NCBI RefSeq assembly: GCF_963921235.1
Contig: NC_086109.1
Span: forward strand, 26,662,001 to 26,726,000
Length of the DNA: 64,000 nt
From: Mobula hypostoma
Taxonomy: Eukaryota
Direction of reading: 5' to 3'
In this document: positions 51,870 to 63,699 of the stretch, one piece after another
Numbering within the stretch: the stretch's first letter is position 1
How the letters are laid out: each line of letters begins with the position of its first letter
Program-made: the position numbers and the translations under genes
The notes under the pieces: generated by a model
What the model saw: only the letters and a program-made list of their open reading frames with translations
What the model was told of the DNA's origin: nothing
The model's database searches: none

Positions 51870-53707
51870 GTTCAAAGTACATTTATTATCAACGTATGTA
51901 TACATCATACAATCTTGAGATTGAGGTGGAGAATTGGTTAGCAGACAGGAAGCAGTGAGAATAAACGGGATCTTTTCAGAATGGCAGGCGGTGACTAGTG
52001 GGGTACCGCAAGGCTCAGTGCTGGGACCCCAGTTGTTTACAATATATATTAATAACTTGGATGAGGGAATTAAATGCAGCATCTCCAAGTTTGCGGATGA
52101 CACGAAGCTGGGTGGCAGTGTTAGCAGTGAGGAGGATGCTAAGAGGATGCAGGGTGACTTGGATAGGTTGGGTGAGTGGGCAAACTCATGGCAGATGCAA
52201 TTTAATGTGGATAAATGTGAAGTTATCCACTTTGGTGGCAAAAATAGGAAAACAGATTATTATCTGAATGGTGGCCGATTAGGAAAAGGGGAGGTGCAAT
52301 GAGACCTGGGTGTCATTATACACCAGTCATTGAAAGTGGGCATGCAGGTACAGCAGGCGGTGAAAAAGGCGAATGGTATGCTGGCATTTATAGCGAGAGG
52401 ATTCGAGTACAGGAGCAGGGAGGTACTACTGCAGTTGTACAAGGCCTTGGTGAGACCACACCTGGAGTATTGTGTGCAGTTTTGGTCCCCTAATCTGAGG
52501 AAAGACATCTTTGCCATAGAGGGAGTACAAAGAAGGTTCACCAGATTGATTCCTGGGATGGCAGGACTTTCATATGAAGAAAGACTGGATGAACTGGGCT
52601 TGTACTCGTCGGAATTTAGAAGATTGAGGGGGGATCTGATTGAAACGTGTAAGATCCTAAAGGGATTGGACAGGCTAGATGCAGGAAGATTGTTCCCGAT
52701 GTTGGGGAAGTCCAGAACGAGGGGTCACAGTTTGAGGATAGAGGGGAAGCCTTTTAGGACCGAGATTAGGAAAAACTTCTTCACACAGAGAGTGGTGAAT
52801 CTGTGGAATTCTCTGCCACAGCAAACTGTTGAGGCCAGTTCATTGGCTATGTTTAAGAGGGAGTTAGATATGGCCCTTGTGGCTACAGGGGTCAGGGGGT
52901 ATGGAGGGAAGGCTGGGGCGGGGTTCTGAGTTGGATGATCAGCCATGATCATAATAAATGGCGGTGCAGGCTCGAAGGGCCGAATGGCCTACTCCTGCAC
53001 CTATTTTCTATGTTTCTATGTTTCTATCTCCTTACAGGCGGCTACAAAAGAATAATCTCAAAAGAACCCATCGAAAATCCAATATCATCCCTATGCAGAG
53101 AAAGAGCGGGGAGAAAACAAATTGTGCAAGCAGTAAAAGCAAGCAAACAGTATTCAGGATGAAAGGGAATCCTTAGGCCCGACGCCTGGAGCAGCTAGAG
53201 CAGGCCCACAGCCTCAGCCTCAGTACAGCAAAGAGCAGAGTAAATATCATGGAGCAGTGAGCAGAGCCAACCCAGCCCTCGCCTCTGGTCCCGACACCTT
53301 GCCTTTTCAATCCATCCAGCCCTGCGTTTAACTCGTCCAAACATTGGATGGTTCCTTGTTCTAAGGCGCGGGCCCTGTCACATCAATACACTCTGGGTCT
53401 GGACCCCACTGCCATGTTTCAGCCCGTATCCAACCTTTCCAAATCAGCCCGGGGCTTGGATCGATCAAACCTTGCTGTCGAATCTTCCTTTCCTCTGCTC
53501 CAACTTCCCGCCTCCAACTCTGACCACTTCTCCCGAACCTGCCTCGACCTCACTCTTAGCCTCTCACCTCTTCATTGTTTGCAGTGATCATTTACCATAA
53601 TTTTTACAGAAAAAGTGTAATTAATAAAGTATTTAGTTGTAATTCTTGCTTTGAGGAACTGCCAGTAAGTTGTCGTCTGTCTTCAGCAGTGTCATCTTAA
53701 ACCAGGA
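51870..53707 (-). mobile_element. Non-autonomous retroposon with a Rex1-like tail, hosting the CR1 at 51926
   Basis: Minus-strand 5' end TCCTGGTTTAAGATGACAC (decayed AAGATGGCG) and 3' end AATAAATGTACTTTGAA; the sequence resumes across the CR1 (TTGAGATT..CTCCTTACAGGC). Confidence 0.55.
51926..53026 (+). mobile_element. Young 5'-truncated CR1-clade LINE
   Basis: SGVPQGSVLGPQLFTIYINNLDEG..KFADDTKLGG..MQFNVDKC; a single TGA at 52300; LVRPHLEYCVQFWSP..; (TTTCTATG)n tail. Confidence 0.95.
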
Positions 53708-56559
53708 CCGTTGAAGGGCCTCAGACCAAAACACTGACTGTTCAGTTCTTATTGAATTTATAGTTTTTTTAATGTATTGCACTGTACTGCCACCACAAAA
53801 CAACAAATTTCACAATATGTACCAGTGATATTAAACCTTGTCCTGATTCTCATTCAGTTAAAATCAACAAAATAATTAAGTCCTTCTCGGGGGGGGGGGG
53901 GACAGCTCCAATATATAATGCTATCAGGCAAAATACAAGTAGTTATGTTCAAAATAGCTCCAATTCCATAGGGAGTATCATGTTCAATTCTTATGACATT
54001 CAAGTGGTTAAGTTCATTGCAGATGGGCATAGAGGAAAAGTATGTGCCCAGTTGAAGAGGTGGAGTGTCTGGATCAAAGATTAATATGACTTGTCTTCTG
54101 TTCCAGCTATTGCATTATTTTAGACGTGTCTGTTTGATATGTAATAGATTCAAAATACTTTATGTGCCAATTAAGCTCCCACCACACAATGAAAATGGAA
54201 ATTATTCTTAATTATATGATGAAATAGTATATTATTCGCACTTTTTTCAGTGTGGTTAGTTTTCATTGGGGCTGAGTTTAGACAAGTAACTGATGAATTA
54301 ATTGTGGCAATTTTGTACCACTGGGTTCTTGAGGTTTTAAAAAAAGCAACCAGTAGAAAATGGAGTACAAATGTATAGAGAGAGCGAATGTAAAAGCTTA
54401 ATGTTTAGAGAAAATTGTCCTATCATCCACTATAAATTCACAGAGACTTGTGTATCTTGGGAAGGGAAATAATATAAAAGTTATCTAAAAGGACACAAAA
54501 AGATTAACTTAACTCACATTAAATATTCTGTGGTAGCTTGGGAAGAGTGCATAGCTCCAGCCATTAGGAAGTATTTCTTTCAACAGCTGAAATAATTGCC
54601 TGGAAGTGCAGTGGAATCTGGGACACTACTTTAAAAAGTTCAGTTTTTTAAAATTATTTTTTGCATTTATCCTACTTTGTTTATCAACCACTTCCCCCAA
54701 AGATCTCCATACTGAGCCATAAGTCCTTTGCCAACCTAAGGTTTCTCTTTGCCCTTGGATTCTGGGCATTCGGTGGCCCAGATGCACCGAAATTTTCAGT
54801 GGTTTCTAGATCACTGGAAGAGAACACCACCCACCAAAGAAAAAGCCGAATGATATTGCTCCCAGTGTTGACAAGGGCCATGACCTCTCACCCCTTCATT
54901 ACTAAGGCAACAATGTGAAAGACAGTGGTTTGGCCACCACTCAAGTACCGTGGTAATCTATTCACCTTCCAAAAAAAGCAATGGCAGAAGTAGACAATCA
55001 CATGAGTTGCCATCTGTGGACAAGTCAGGTAAATCAGCCCAATCTGTTTTGATCTTGTTAAATTGAGATAAACAATGTGTATTAAAAAGTTCTAAATAAA
55101 ATAAGATTTCTATTTTGCTAAAAGATGTCGGCTGACAGGTTATTCAACACATGCAGTTTCAAAGAAATGAAATATTTTTGAAGAGGTTCAATGTTCCATT
55201 TCCCATTTGTTATTGACACATGTATTCCCTTTTGGGCACCGCACAATTTTTTTTTATAGTTTTCAAGAATCAACTTTATGCGCCATATACATTAACATGT
55301 ATTAGGAATTTACTGTGGTGTATTGTTCTGGACACAACATGCAACAAAAAAACATTCAACAGTTGTGAAGAATTATGTAAAAGTAAAATCAAAGGTTAAA
55401 ATACAGTTATAGAATAAAATATGCATAAATACCAGCATGAATACATAAACAACAGTTTTGATGTTTTCAGGATGCAAGTAAAAGTCTGAATGGAGAGAAA
55501 ATTTTAACTATACACAGTCGGGTATAGCTACCTTTCCAGAAGCCTCTAGAGATAATATTGGACTCTATCAAAAAGTAGAATTAGAAACTTATCACCTTGG
55601 GTAAATGTCAAAGCGTAGCTCCCTAATTTCATTTGGGGTGTAATATTTCTGCTTTAATTTAATGCAAATTAATTGTATTTTATTCACTTTCCTTCTCTAG
55701 CTTCCAAGATCTATTTATAATTCTGCGCCCTTATGAGTTGCAGTTCATTAATAAGCTCACGGACGATAGTATAAATGACATTACTGTCTGCTGAAATGCT
55801 GCAGAATGAATACGGAAGTAAAAGGGAAAAAAGTGCTTTTCAGATAGTGTAGTTGTGTAGAGGCTTCCCTAGTGAAGCTGCCTTTGATGCCATTTATATG
55901 TAACTTCTGGCAATGTTTCCACCTTTCAGCCATGTGTCAATCATTCGATCATTATCATAATTATCTGCTTCCTTTTCAGTGTAATTATTTCCTTTGACAG
56001 GAATGTGCATCAAAACCAAACTTAATGGGAAGGGTCTTGGTGAGTCAGTCAGCCCTTCGTGCTTAGCTTCTAGGAAGGTGCTGACAATAGTGGCGTCTGG
56101 GGTCCTGGGAAGTAATGAAAATTGAGCTTGTATTTTAACACAGGATTACATACTATTAAGCTAATGCTACTGCTTGTTATCTAGCTGAAGCAGCCTGGGA
56201 AATGGAAGGTGAAGTGCAGTGACCAAGAACAAAGTATTTCAATTTTTTATTAGACGTGCATTGGCCCATTTCCCTGCTGTGAACATTGTAGAATAAAGAG
56301 CTTAAGTTTAAGATTATGTATTCATATATTGTGTCTTCAGGTCTTTTGGTTAAATGTCCCCAATATTAATGCCTAATATCAATTGTTAAGCCAGATGGGT
56401 CTCTTAGTCAGCAGTGCTTCATTGGGCTTCCATTATATCTTAGATTGCCTTTTTAAAATACTAAGACTGATATTATATGGTAACTATAGTTCATTTTCAG
56501 CATTTGTATATCTTCAGTAAACATGCTCAATGGGTATCACTATCCTTTGGTTTACTTAA

Positions 56560-56835
56560 TTATTTATTGGGATGCAATGTGAAGTAGGCCCTTCCAGCCC
56601 TTCAAACCACACCACCCAGCAATCCCCAGTTTAATCCCAGCCCAATCACGGGACAATTTACAACGACCAATTAACTTACCAACTGCTGTGTCTTTGAATA
56701 TGGGGGAAGCTGGAGCACCTGGAGGAAACCCATGGGGAGAATGTACAAACTCCTTACAGGCAGTGGTGGGGATTGAACCCTGGTTGCCTGTATGGTGAGG
56801 CATTGTGTTAACCACTACTCTACCATGCCGCCCCA
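56560..56835 (-). mobile_element. Full-length V-domain (HE1-like) SINE
   Basis: Minus strand: GGGGCGGCATGGTAGAGTAGTGGTTAAC, GGGTTCAATCCC, GGTTTCCTCCAGGTGCTCC, GAAGGGCCTACTTC tail. Confidence 0.85.
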
Positions 56836-58529
56836 AACTTATCTAATGAGTAATACCTACTTATCAGCAGTATTAACTGCTTGAACAGTGGCCATTGATG
56901 TCTGCTTTAACAGTAAGTAAAATAAATAAACTGGACCTAACTAAATAAATTACCCCATCCACTTCAGTGTTCACCATTGTAAAATAATAAAGATACTGCA
57001 GTGCAGTTTCAAAGCCATAATCCTACTTTAATGTTTTGTCTTTTCCTGGAGGCAAAACATTGTTTGCTATGATATGGTCATGCTGACACTGACAGTCATT
57101 CAGTACTTTCCTTGAATTGCTATTTTTAAAAGTTCCATTATGTTTCCAGTTCTTTTGACCTGACATGGCTCCCAGCTAATGGCCCCCACCTAATGGCCAT
57201 GTTTGCATCTTCCAACCATCCAGAGGCTGATTATATTCTCCGCAGCCCCAGTAAGCAGGTGCTGAGACCAATCTTAGTGATTTGGATTGGGTTAAGTGAC
57301 CATATTTACACATGGGGTTGTTGGAAAGCACTGATTTTTTTTTAAGTAATACTTTTAATAAGATATGTACTTTTAAAAAAAACTCGTGTATTTTTCACAC
57401 TGGCAGAAAACGGTATAGCAGCTAAACTAACAGTTTATCACCTTTCTCATTTTTCATTAACACGTTACCCATGTGATGTAGTTGTTTTAATTATGTAGCC
57501 TATTAACTAATTTAATTCTATCTAAGGAATTTCCCTTACCTATAAAGGTAATAGCTTTTTCAGAAGTGCCATCTTTATTCCTTTGTCTTACACCCCTTAA
57601 ACTAATTCCCCTCTTTGCATCATTTCTCAGCTCTTTATTCAGTGTGCTTAGTATTTGTATGTTTGTTTGTAATCTAAAATAAACTGACATTTTGGAATAA
57701 AGTCTGCTTGCCACTTTTGAGTCCCATAAGAATCCTAAGGATCAAAAATTAAATGGAGATCCACCAGGCTCCCAAATAAAGTATGTGTTTTCATTTCTGT
57801 AGCTATTGTCATAAGGTTGCAACCTTGGAACGGGCTTTAGAACCAATGACGTTTCTTTGAAGAGTAGGTATAGTTGTAATGCAGGAAATGAGCTTGTGAT
57901 AAGTCACCTTGACTTAATGCTGTCCTTTTATACTTGGGATTGCACATTTGGGGCAGTGGAAAGCTGTGGCTTTCTCATATCTCCCACAGTTTTCCACTGA
58001 TGGATCGGGTAACTGGCTGTCAAGCAGGAAAGCCTGTGGTAGAAAGATGAAGCAGATTTGTCAGTTGGGGAAGCTGAAGAATTTGTACTTGCATCATAGT
58101 GCAGTGGATGGGAAGGGAGCAGTTAGTTCGGGGTTACGTTCGATTATTATCAAGGGATCAAGAATGTCATTGAAAAGTGAGGGGAAAGACATGGGAGAAG
58201 CTGATAACATAATAAGCTGGAGGTGGTGTTTTTCTCAGTATGAAGAATGGTAAATGGAAGAGGTGTCATAGGAGACCACTGGTCAACTTGCCAGGCTGGG
58301 ACAGGTATTTCTCCTGGTCCATACCTGGTGCTGTGAAGAAAGTTGCCTCATTTATGCCAATCTTTTGATTTACTTCCTACGACATGGAAACTTAAACAAC
58401 ATAGGTTTAAGAATAAAATTCTAACAAAATAAAGATGTGTAGCCTCAAGGTTTCAACCTTCTGACTTGTTCCCTAAAAATGGGAGAGGTTGAGTGGACTG
58501 GGACATTATCCATCTGAGTGTAGGAGAAT

Positions 58530-59862
58530 GAGAGATAATTATCACCCGGTAGCACTTGCATCGACAGTGATGAAATGCTTTGAGAGGTTCGTCATGACTA
58601 GACTGAACTCCTGCCTCAGCAAGGACCTGGACCCATTGCAATTTGCCTATCGCCGCAATAGGTCAGGGGCAGACGAAATCTCAATGGTTCTTCACATGGC
58701 TACACCCGGACAATACAAACACCTCTGTCAGGATGCTGTTCATCGACTATAGCTCAGCATTTAATACCATCTTTCCCACAATCCTGATTCAGAAGTTGCT
58801 GAACCTGGGCCTCTGTACCTCTCTCTGCAATTAGATCCTTGACTTCCTAACCAGAAGACCACAATCTATGCGGATTGGTGATAACATATCCTCCTCGCTG
58901 ACGATTAACACTGGCGTACCTTGGGTATGTGCTTAGCCCACTGCTCTACACTCTGTATACACATGACTGTGTGGCTAGGCATAGCTCAAATACCATCTAT
59001 AAATTTGCTGACAATACACCCATTGTTGGTAGAATCTCAGGTGGTGACGAAAGGGCATACAGGAGTGAGATATGCCAACTAGTGGAATGGTGCTGCAGCA
59101 ACAACCTGGCACTCAACTTCAGTAAGACGAAAGAACTGATTGTGGACTTCAGGAAGGGTAAGACGGAGGAACACATACCAATCCTCATAGAGGGATCAGA
59201 AGTAGAGAGGGTGAACAGTTTCAAGTTCCTGTCGGAGAATCTAACCTGGTCCCAACATATCGATGTAGTCATAAGGAAGGCAAAACAGCGGCTATACTTT
59301 ATTAGGAGATTTGGCATGTCAACAAATACACCCAAAAACTTCTATAGTTGTACCGTGGAGAGCATTTAGACAGGCTGCATCACTGTCTGGTATGGAGGGG
59401 CTACTGCACAGGACCGAAAGAAGCTGCAGAAGGTTGTAAATCTAGTCAGCTCCATCTTGGGTATTAGCCTACAAAGTACCCAGGATATCTTCAGGGAGCA
59501 GTGTCTCAGAAAGGCAGCGTCCATTATTAAGGACCTCCAGCACCCAGAGCATGCCCTTTTCTCACTGTTACCATCGGGTAGGAGGTACAGAAGCCTGAAG
59601 GCACACACTCAGTGATTCAGGAACAGCTTCTTCCCTTCTGCCATCCGATTCCTAAATGGACATTGAATCTTTGGACACTACCTCACTTTTTTTAATATAC
59701 AGTATTTCTGTTTTTGCACTTTTTTCCACCTATTCAATATATGCAATTGAGTTACTTGTTTATTATTATTTTCTCTGCTAGATTATGCATTGCATTGAAC
59801 TGCTGCTGCAGAGTTAATAAATTTCACGTCACATGCCAGTGATAATAAACCTGATTCTAATT
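58530..59862 (+). mobile_element. Rex1/Babar-type LINE, 5'-truncated
   Basis: [90 protein letters not shown] tail. Confidence 0.93.
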
Positions 59863-60130
59863 CTTATAAGCACATGTAAAATCCCAAGGGCTGTAGTTAT
59901 GGTGACTGTACTCGGTCTTATGCCCTAGATTGTGGAATCAAGAATTATTGGATATCAGTTGAAGATGAGATGGGAGAGATTTATTAGAAACCTGAGGGGC
60001 TATATTTTTTCCACACAGAGGGTGGTCCTTATGTGGAATGCACTGCCAATGGAAATGGTTGAGGCAGGTACAGTAACAACCTTTAAAAGACATTTGGGCA
60101 GGTACATGGACAGGCAGAGGTTGGTTTTTT

Positions 60131-60313
60131 ATATATATATATATATATATCTATCTCTCGCTCTCTCATATATAAATATATATATATAGCATGGAATAGG
60201 CCCTTCTGGCCCAAATAGCTGGTCCATTCTCATTCTCCCTCCCTCCCTCTCTCCCTCTCCCTCACCCTGTCTCTCTCTCCCTCTGTCTGTCTCTCTCTAT
60301 CTATATATCTATC

Positions 60314-60381
<68 letters not shown>
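60131..60381. repeat. Compound microsatellite (TA)n/(CT)n/(CA)n
   Basis: (AT)n at 60131-60150, CT-rich 60230-60300, and about 30 (AC) units at 60321-60380. Confidence 0.95.
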
Positions 60382-60382
<1 letters not shown>

Positions 60383-60458
60383 CATGGAATAGGCCCTTCT
60401 GGCCCAAGGGGCCAAGGCACCCAGCAACCCAGCTATTTAACACTAGCCTAATCACAGG

Positions 60459-60775
60459 ATAGTGTTCAGTGCTAATGCGTGGCCAAGTGGTTAAGGCATT
60501 CGCCTAGTGACCTGAAGGTCGCTAGTTCGAGCCTTGGCTGAGGCAGCACCTGTGTCCTTAAGCAAGACACTTAACCACACATTGCTGTGCGATGACACTA
60601 GTGCCAAGCTGTATGGGTCCTAATGCCCTTCCCTTGGACAACATCAGTGGCGTGGAGAGGGGAGACTTGCAGCATGGGCAACTGCTGGTCTTTCATACAA
60701 CTTCACCCAGGCCTGTGCCCTGGAAACCTTCCAAGGCGTAAATCCATGGTCTCACGAGACTAACGGATGCCTATA
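60459..60775 (+). mobile_element. tRNA-derived SINE with 9-bp TSD
   Basis: A box TGGCCAAGTGG (60480-90), B box GTTCGAGCC (60525-33); AATCACAGG at 60450-58 and 60776-84. Confidence 0.8.
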
Positions 60776-60790
60776 AATCACAGGGCAAAT

Positions 60791-61374
60791 GGTTGTTATG
60801 ATGTGTCTAGTGTGGTAGTGTAGTGGGTGGTGCTTGTGACTCTCACTTTCAGCTTCCACTGCTGGTGAGCAGTCTTGCGAAAAGGAGAGCTGAATGTGTA
60901 AATCTCTCCAACAGCAAGCCTCGTAATGCCTCTTCACTGGCAGCACAGGAATCTGAACTCCTTTCAGACTCGGGCTGAACTACAGAGGACAGGGAGGAGG
61001 TCCGGCCCTTGCACAAGGAGCACGCAAGTCCACCGGCAGGTGGATGTGCCCTGGTGCTCGTGAACCTGATCCCCAGTTATGGGTAAATAGACCCACTGCT
61101 TTGTGGGCAGCCTTGGGAGAGATGAAGGCTACATCAGTAAATCCAGACAGCAAATCCAGAGTGGTGCCCCTGAGGCGTCTGGACGTCATTGAACATCCTT
61201 CCGGCAGCTCCTGCAGCCAAGCTGGTGCTAAACATTCTGCTGCATAAGCTTTCCTTTGGACTAGACTGGTGAAGCCAAGATCTTGACAACCGGGCATATC
61301 TCCACACCTTCTGGCCAGATTTGTGAGGATGATCATCATCACCCATTGCCCTTCAAGACAGACATATTCCAACC
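60791..61374. mobile_element. Unclassified 584-bp GC-rich non-autonomous insertion, possibly RTE UTR-derived
   Basis: Flanked by AATCACAGGGCAAAT (60776-90) and AATCACCGGACAATT (61375-89); interrupts a minus-strand V-SINE; no recognisable protein. Confidence 0.6.
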
Positions 61375-61689
61375 AATCACCGGACAATTTATAATGACCA
61401 GTTAACCTAGTAACAGGTATGTCTTTGGACTGAGGGAGTTTTAAGAAGCCATGGGCCAGGCCTGGGAGAATGGGACTAACTTCGATAGGTGTCTTGGTCA
61501 GTGTGGTTGGACAGAAGGGCCTGTGTCTATGCTATATGGACCAATGCCCCTAGCTTATCCAATACTTCCTCCTGCCTCCTTTAAAACCGAACACGGGCTT
61601 GATGCATATCGAGTTCTTGTCTGAGATTTTTAATCTTCTACACAACCTGATCTGCCCATTTTGGGGGCGGGGGGGAGATAAAATTGCAC

Positions 61690-61972
61690 ACAATTTATTT
61701 TAGCAACGGATGTTGAGAGATAAATAATGGCCAGTGCTCCAGGGAAAATTCCCCTGCTCTTCAAAATAATGCAATGGGATCTATTACATGTGCCTTAGAG
61801 AGCTCACTTGGCTTCTGCTTAACATAATATCTGAAGAGCATCTTCTCTTAACAGTGCAGTGCTCCCTTAGTGTCATTTTAAGTTTTGTGTTCAGTTCTCT
61901 GGACTTTGGATTAGGACCTACTTTCTCCTGACTCAGGTGAAAGTGTTATTTGTTACTGAGTCCAGGCTGACA
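61690..61972 (-). mobile_element. Ancient Deu-domain SINE (SacSINE1/AmnSINE1-like)
   Basis: Minus strand: TGTCAGCC..CTCAGT..CCTGAGTCAG head, AGGGAGCACTGCACTGT, GATCCCATTGCATTATTTTGAAGAGCAGGGGAATTTTCCCTGG..TGGCCATTATTTATC, matching the Deu domain as I recall it. Confidence 0.75.
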
Positions 61973-62160
61973 AGAACGTGCCTGTTTATGGTTTGGTGCT
62001 GGAATGGGAGTTTCTATGACGTCAATTTCAAACCAAATAAGGCATTGGCAAAATTAGCAATATGTCTGAAACTTGAGACTTTTTACTGGAAGGTTAGTGA
62101 GAATATACAGCCAAGTAATTGGGGAGTGGCACCTAACAATGGCTGTCTGCATGTACAAGC

Positions 62161-63572
62161 AAGAGAAAATCTGCAGACGCTGGTAATCCAAGCATCACAA
62201 GCAGAATGTTGGAGGGATTCAGCAGACCAGCCAGCATCTGTGGAAAATAGTAATGCTGACGTTTTGGGCTGAGACCCTTCAGCAGGCCTGGAGAAAAAAA
62301 GATGAGGAGTAGAGTTAAAAGGTGGGAGGAGGGGAGGGAGAAATACAAGGTGATAAGTGAAACCAGGAGGGGGAGGGGTGAAGTAAAGAGCTGGGAAGTT
62401 GATTGGTAAAAGAGATACAGGGCTGGAGAAGGGGGGATCTCATAGGAGAGGACAGAAGGCCATGGAAGAAAGAGAAAGGGGGGCGGAACACCAGAAGGAG
62501 GTGATGGGTAGGCAAGAAGATAAAGTGAGAGAGGGAATGGAGAATGGTGGAGGTGGGGTGGGGGAGGGGAGGCATCATTACCAGAAGCTTGAGAAATCGA
62601 TATTCATGCCATCAGGTTGAAGATCATCAAGATGGAATGTCACCTACCACCCTACCAGCTTCCACACCGACCAGCCTCCACACCGACACATAATTCTCTG
62701 TAACTTCCACCATCTCCAAGCAGATCCTACCACCAAGCACATCTTTCCCTCTTCCCCCCACCCCACTTAATGCTTTCCTAAGGGATCGCTCCCTACATGA
62801 CCCTCTAGTCCATTCGCCCCTCCCCACTGATCCTCCCTCCTGGTACTTATGCTTGCAAGCGGAACAAGTGCTACACCTGCCCCCACACCTCCTCCCTCAC
62901 TATACCTGTGAGTCTTTTGGGTCATACACTATGCCCAGTGCTCCTGGTGTGGCCTCCTGTGTATTGGTGAGACCTGATGTAGATTGGGAGACCACTTCAC
63001 CAAGTACCTACACTCTGTCTGCCAGAAAAAGTGGGATCTCCCAGAAGACACCCACTTCCCATTTCCATTCCGACATGTCAATCCATAGCCTCCTCTACTG
63101 TTGTGATGAAGCCACATTCAGGTTGGAGGAGTGACACCTTATATTCCGGCTGGGTAGCCTTCAACCTGATTGCATGGACATCGATTTCTCAAACTTCCTA
63201 TAATGCCCCCCTCCCGTCCACCATTCTCCACTCCTCTGACCTTATCTCCTTGCCTAACCATTGCCTCCCTCTGGTGCTCCTCTCCCTGTTCTTCCCTCCA
63301 TGGCCTTCAGTCCTCTCCCATTAGATTCCCCCTTCTCCAGACCTGAGTCTCTTTCACCAATCAACGTCCCAGCTTTTTACTTCACCACTCCCCCCTCGCA
63401 CTCCCCCTTTCACCTATCACCTTGTCTTTCTCCCTCTCCTCCCCCCACCTTTTAACTCTGACTCCTCATCTTTTTTTCTCAAGTCCTGCTGAAGGCCCGA
63501 AATGTCGACAGTACTCTTTTCCATAGATGTTGCCTGGCCTGCTGAGTTTCTCTAGCATTTAGTGTGTGTTGA
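62161..63572 (+). mobile_element. Penelope-like element: inverted 5' terminal repeat (62161-62622), GIY-YIG C-terminus and 3' terminal repeat
   Basis: RNFHHLQADPTTKHIF, CKRNKCYTCP, GLLCIGET, RLEE*HLIFRLGSLQP on +; 62161-62622 is reverse-complementary to about 63160-63572. Confidence 0.9.
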
Positions 63573-63699
63573 TTACATGCAGCTGCATTGGAAGATCAGT
63601 GCCTCCAAATCCAAAGCCAATAGGAATTATGTTGCTTTTAAATATTGAATGTAATTGAAAACAGAGTCAAGCAGTCAAAGTGACCCTGAGATAAAGTAC

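Noticed and set aside
51926..53026. Active or domesticated reverse transcriptase gene
   Set aside because: It is 5'-truncated, lacks the endonuclease, and has a stop at 52300.
60470..60545. tRNA gene (also 2660-2734 and 56760-56835)
   Set aside because: A and B boxes are present, but I found no intact cloverleaf and each continues into a repeat body, so these are SINE heads.
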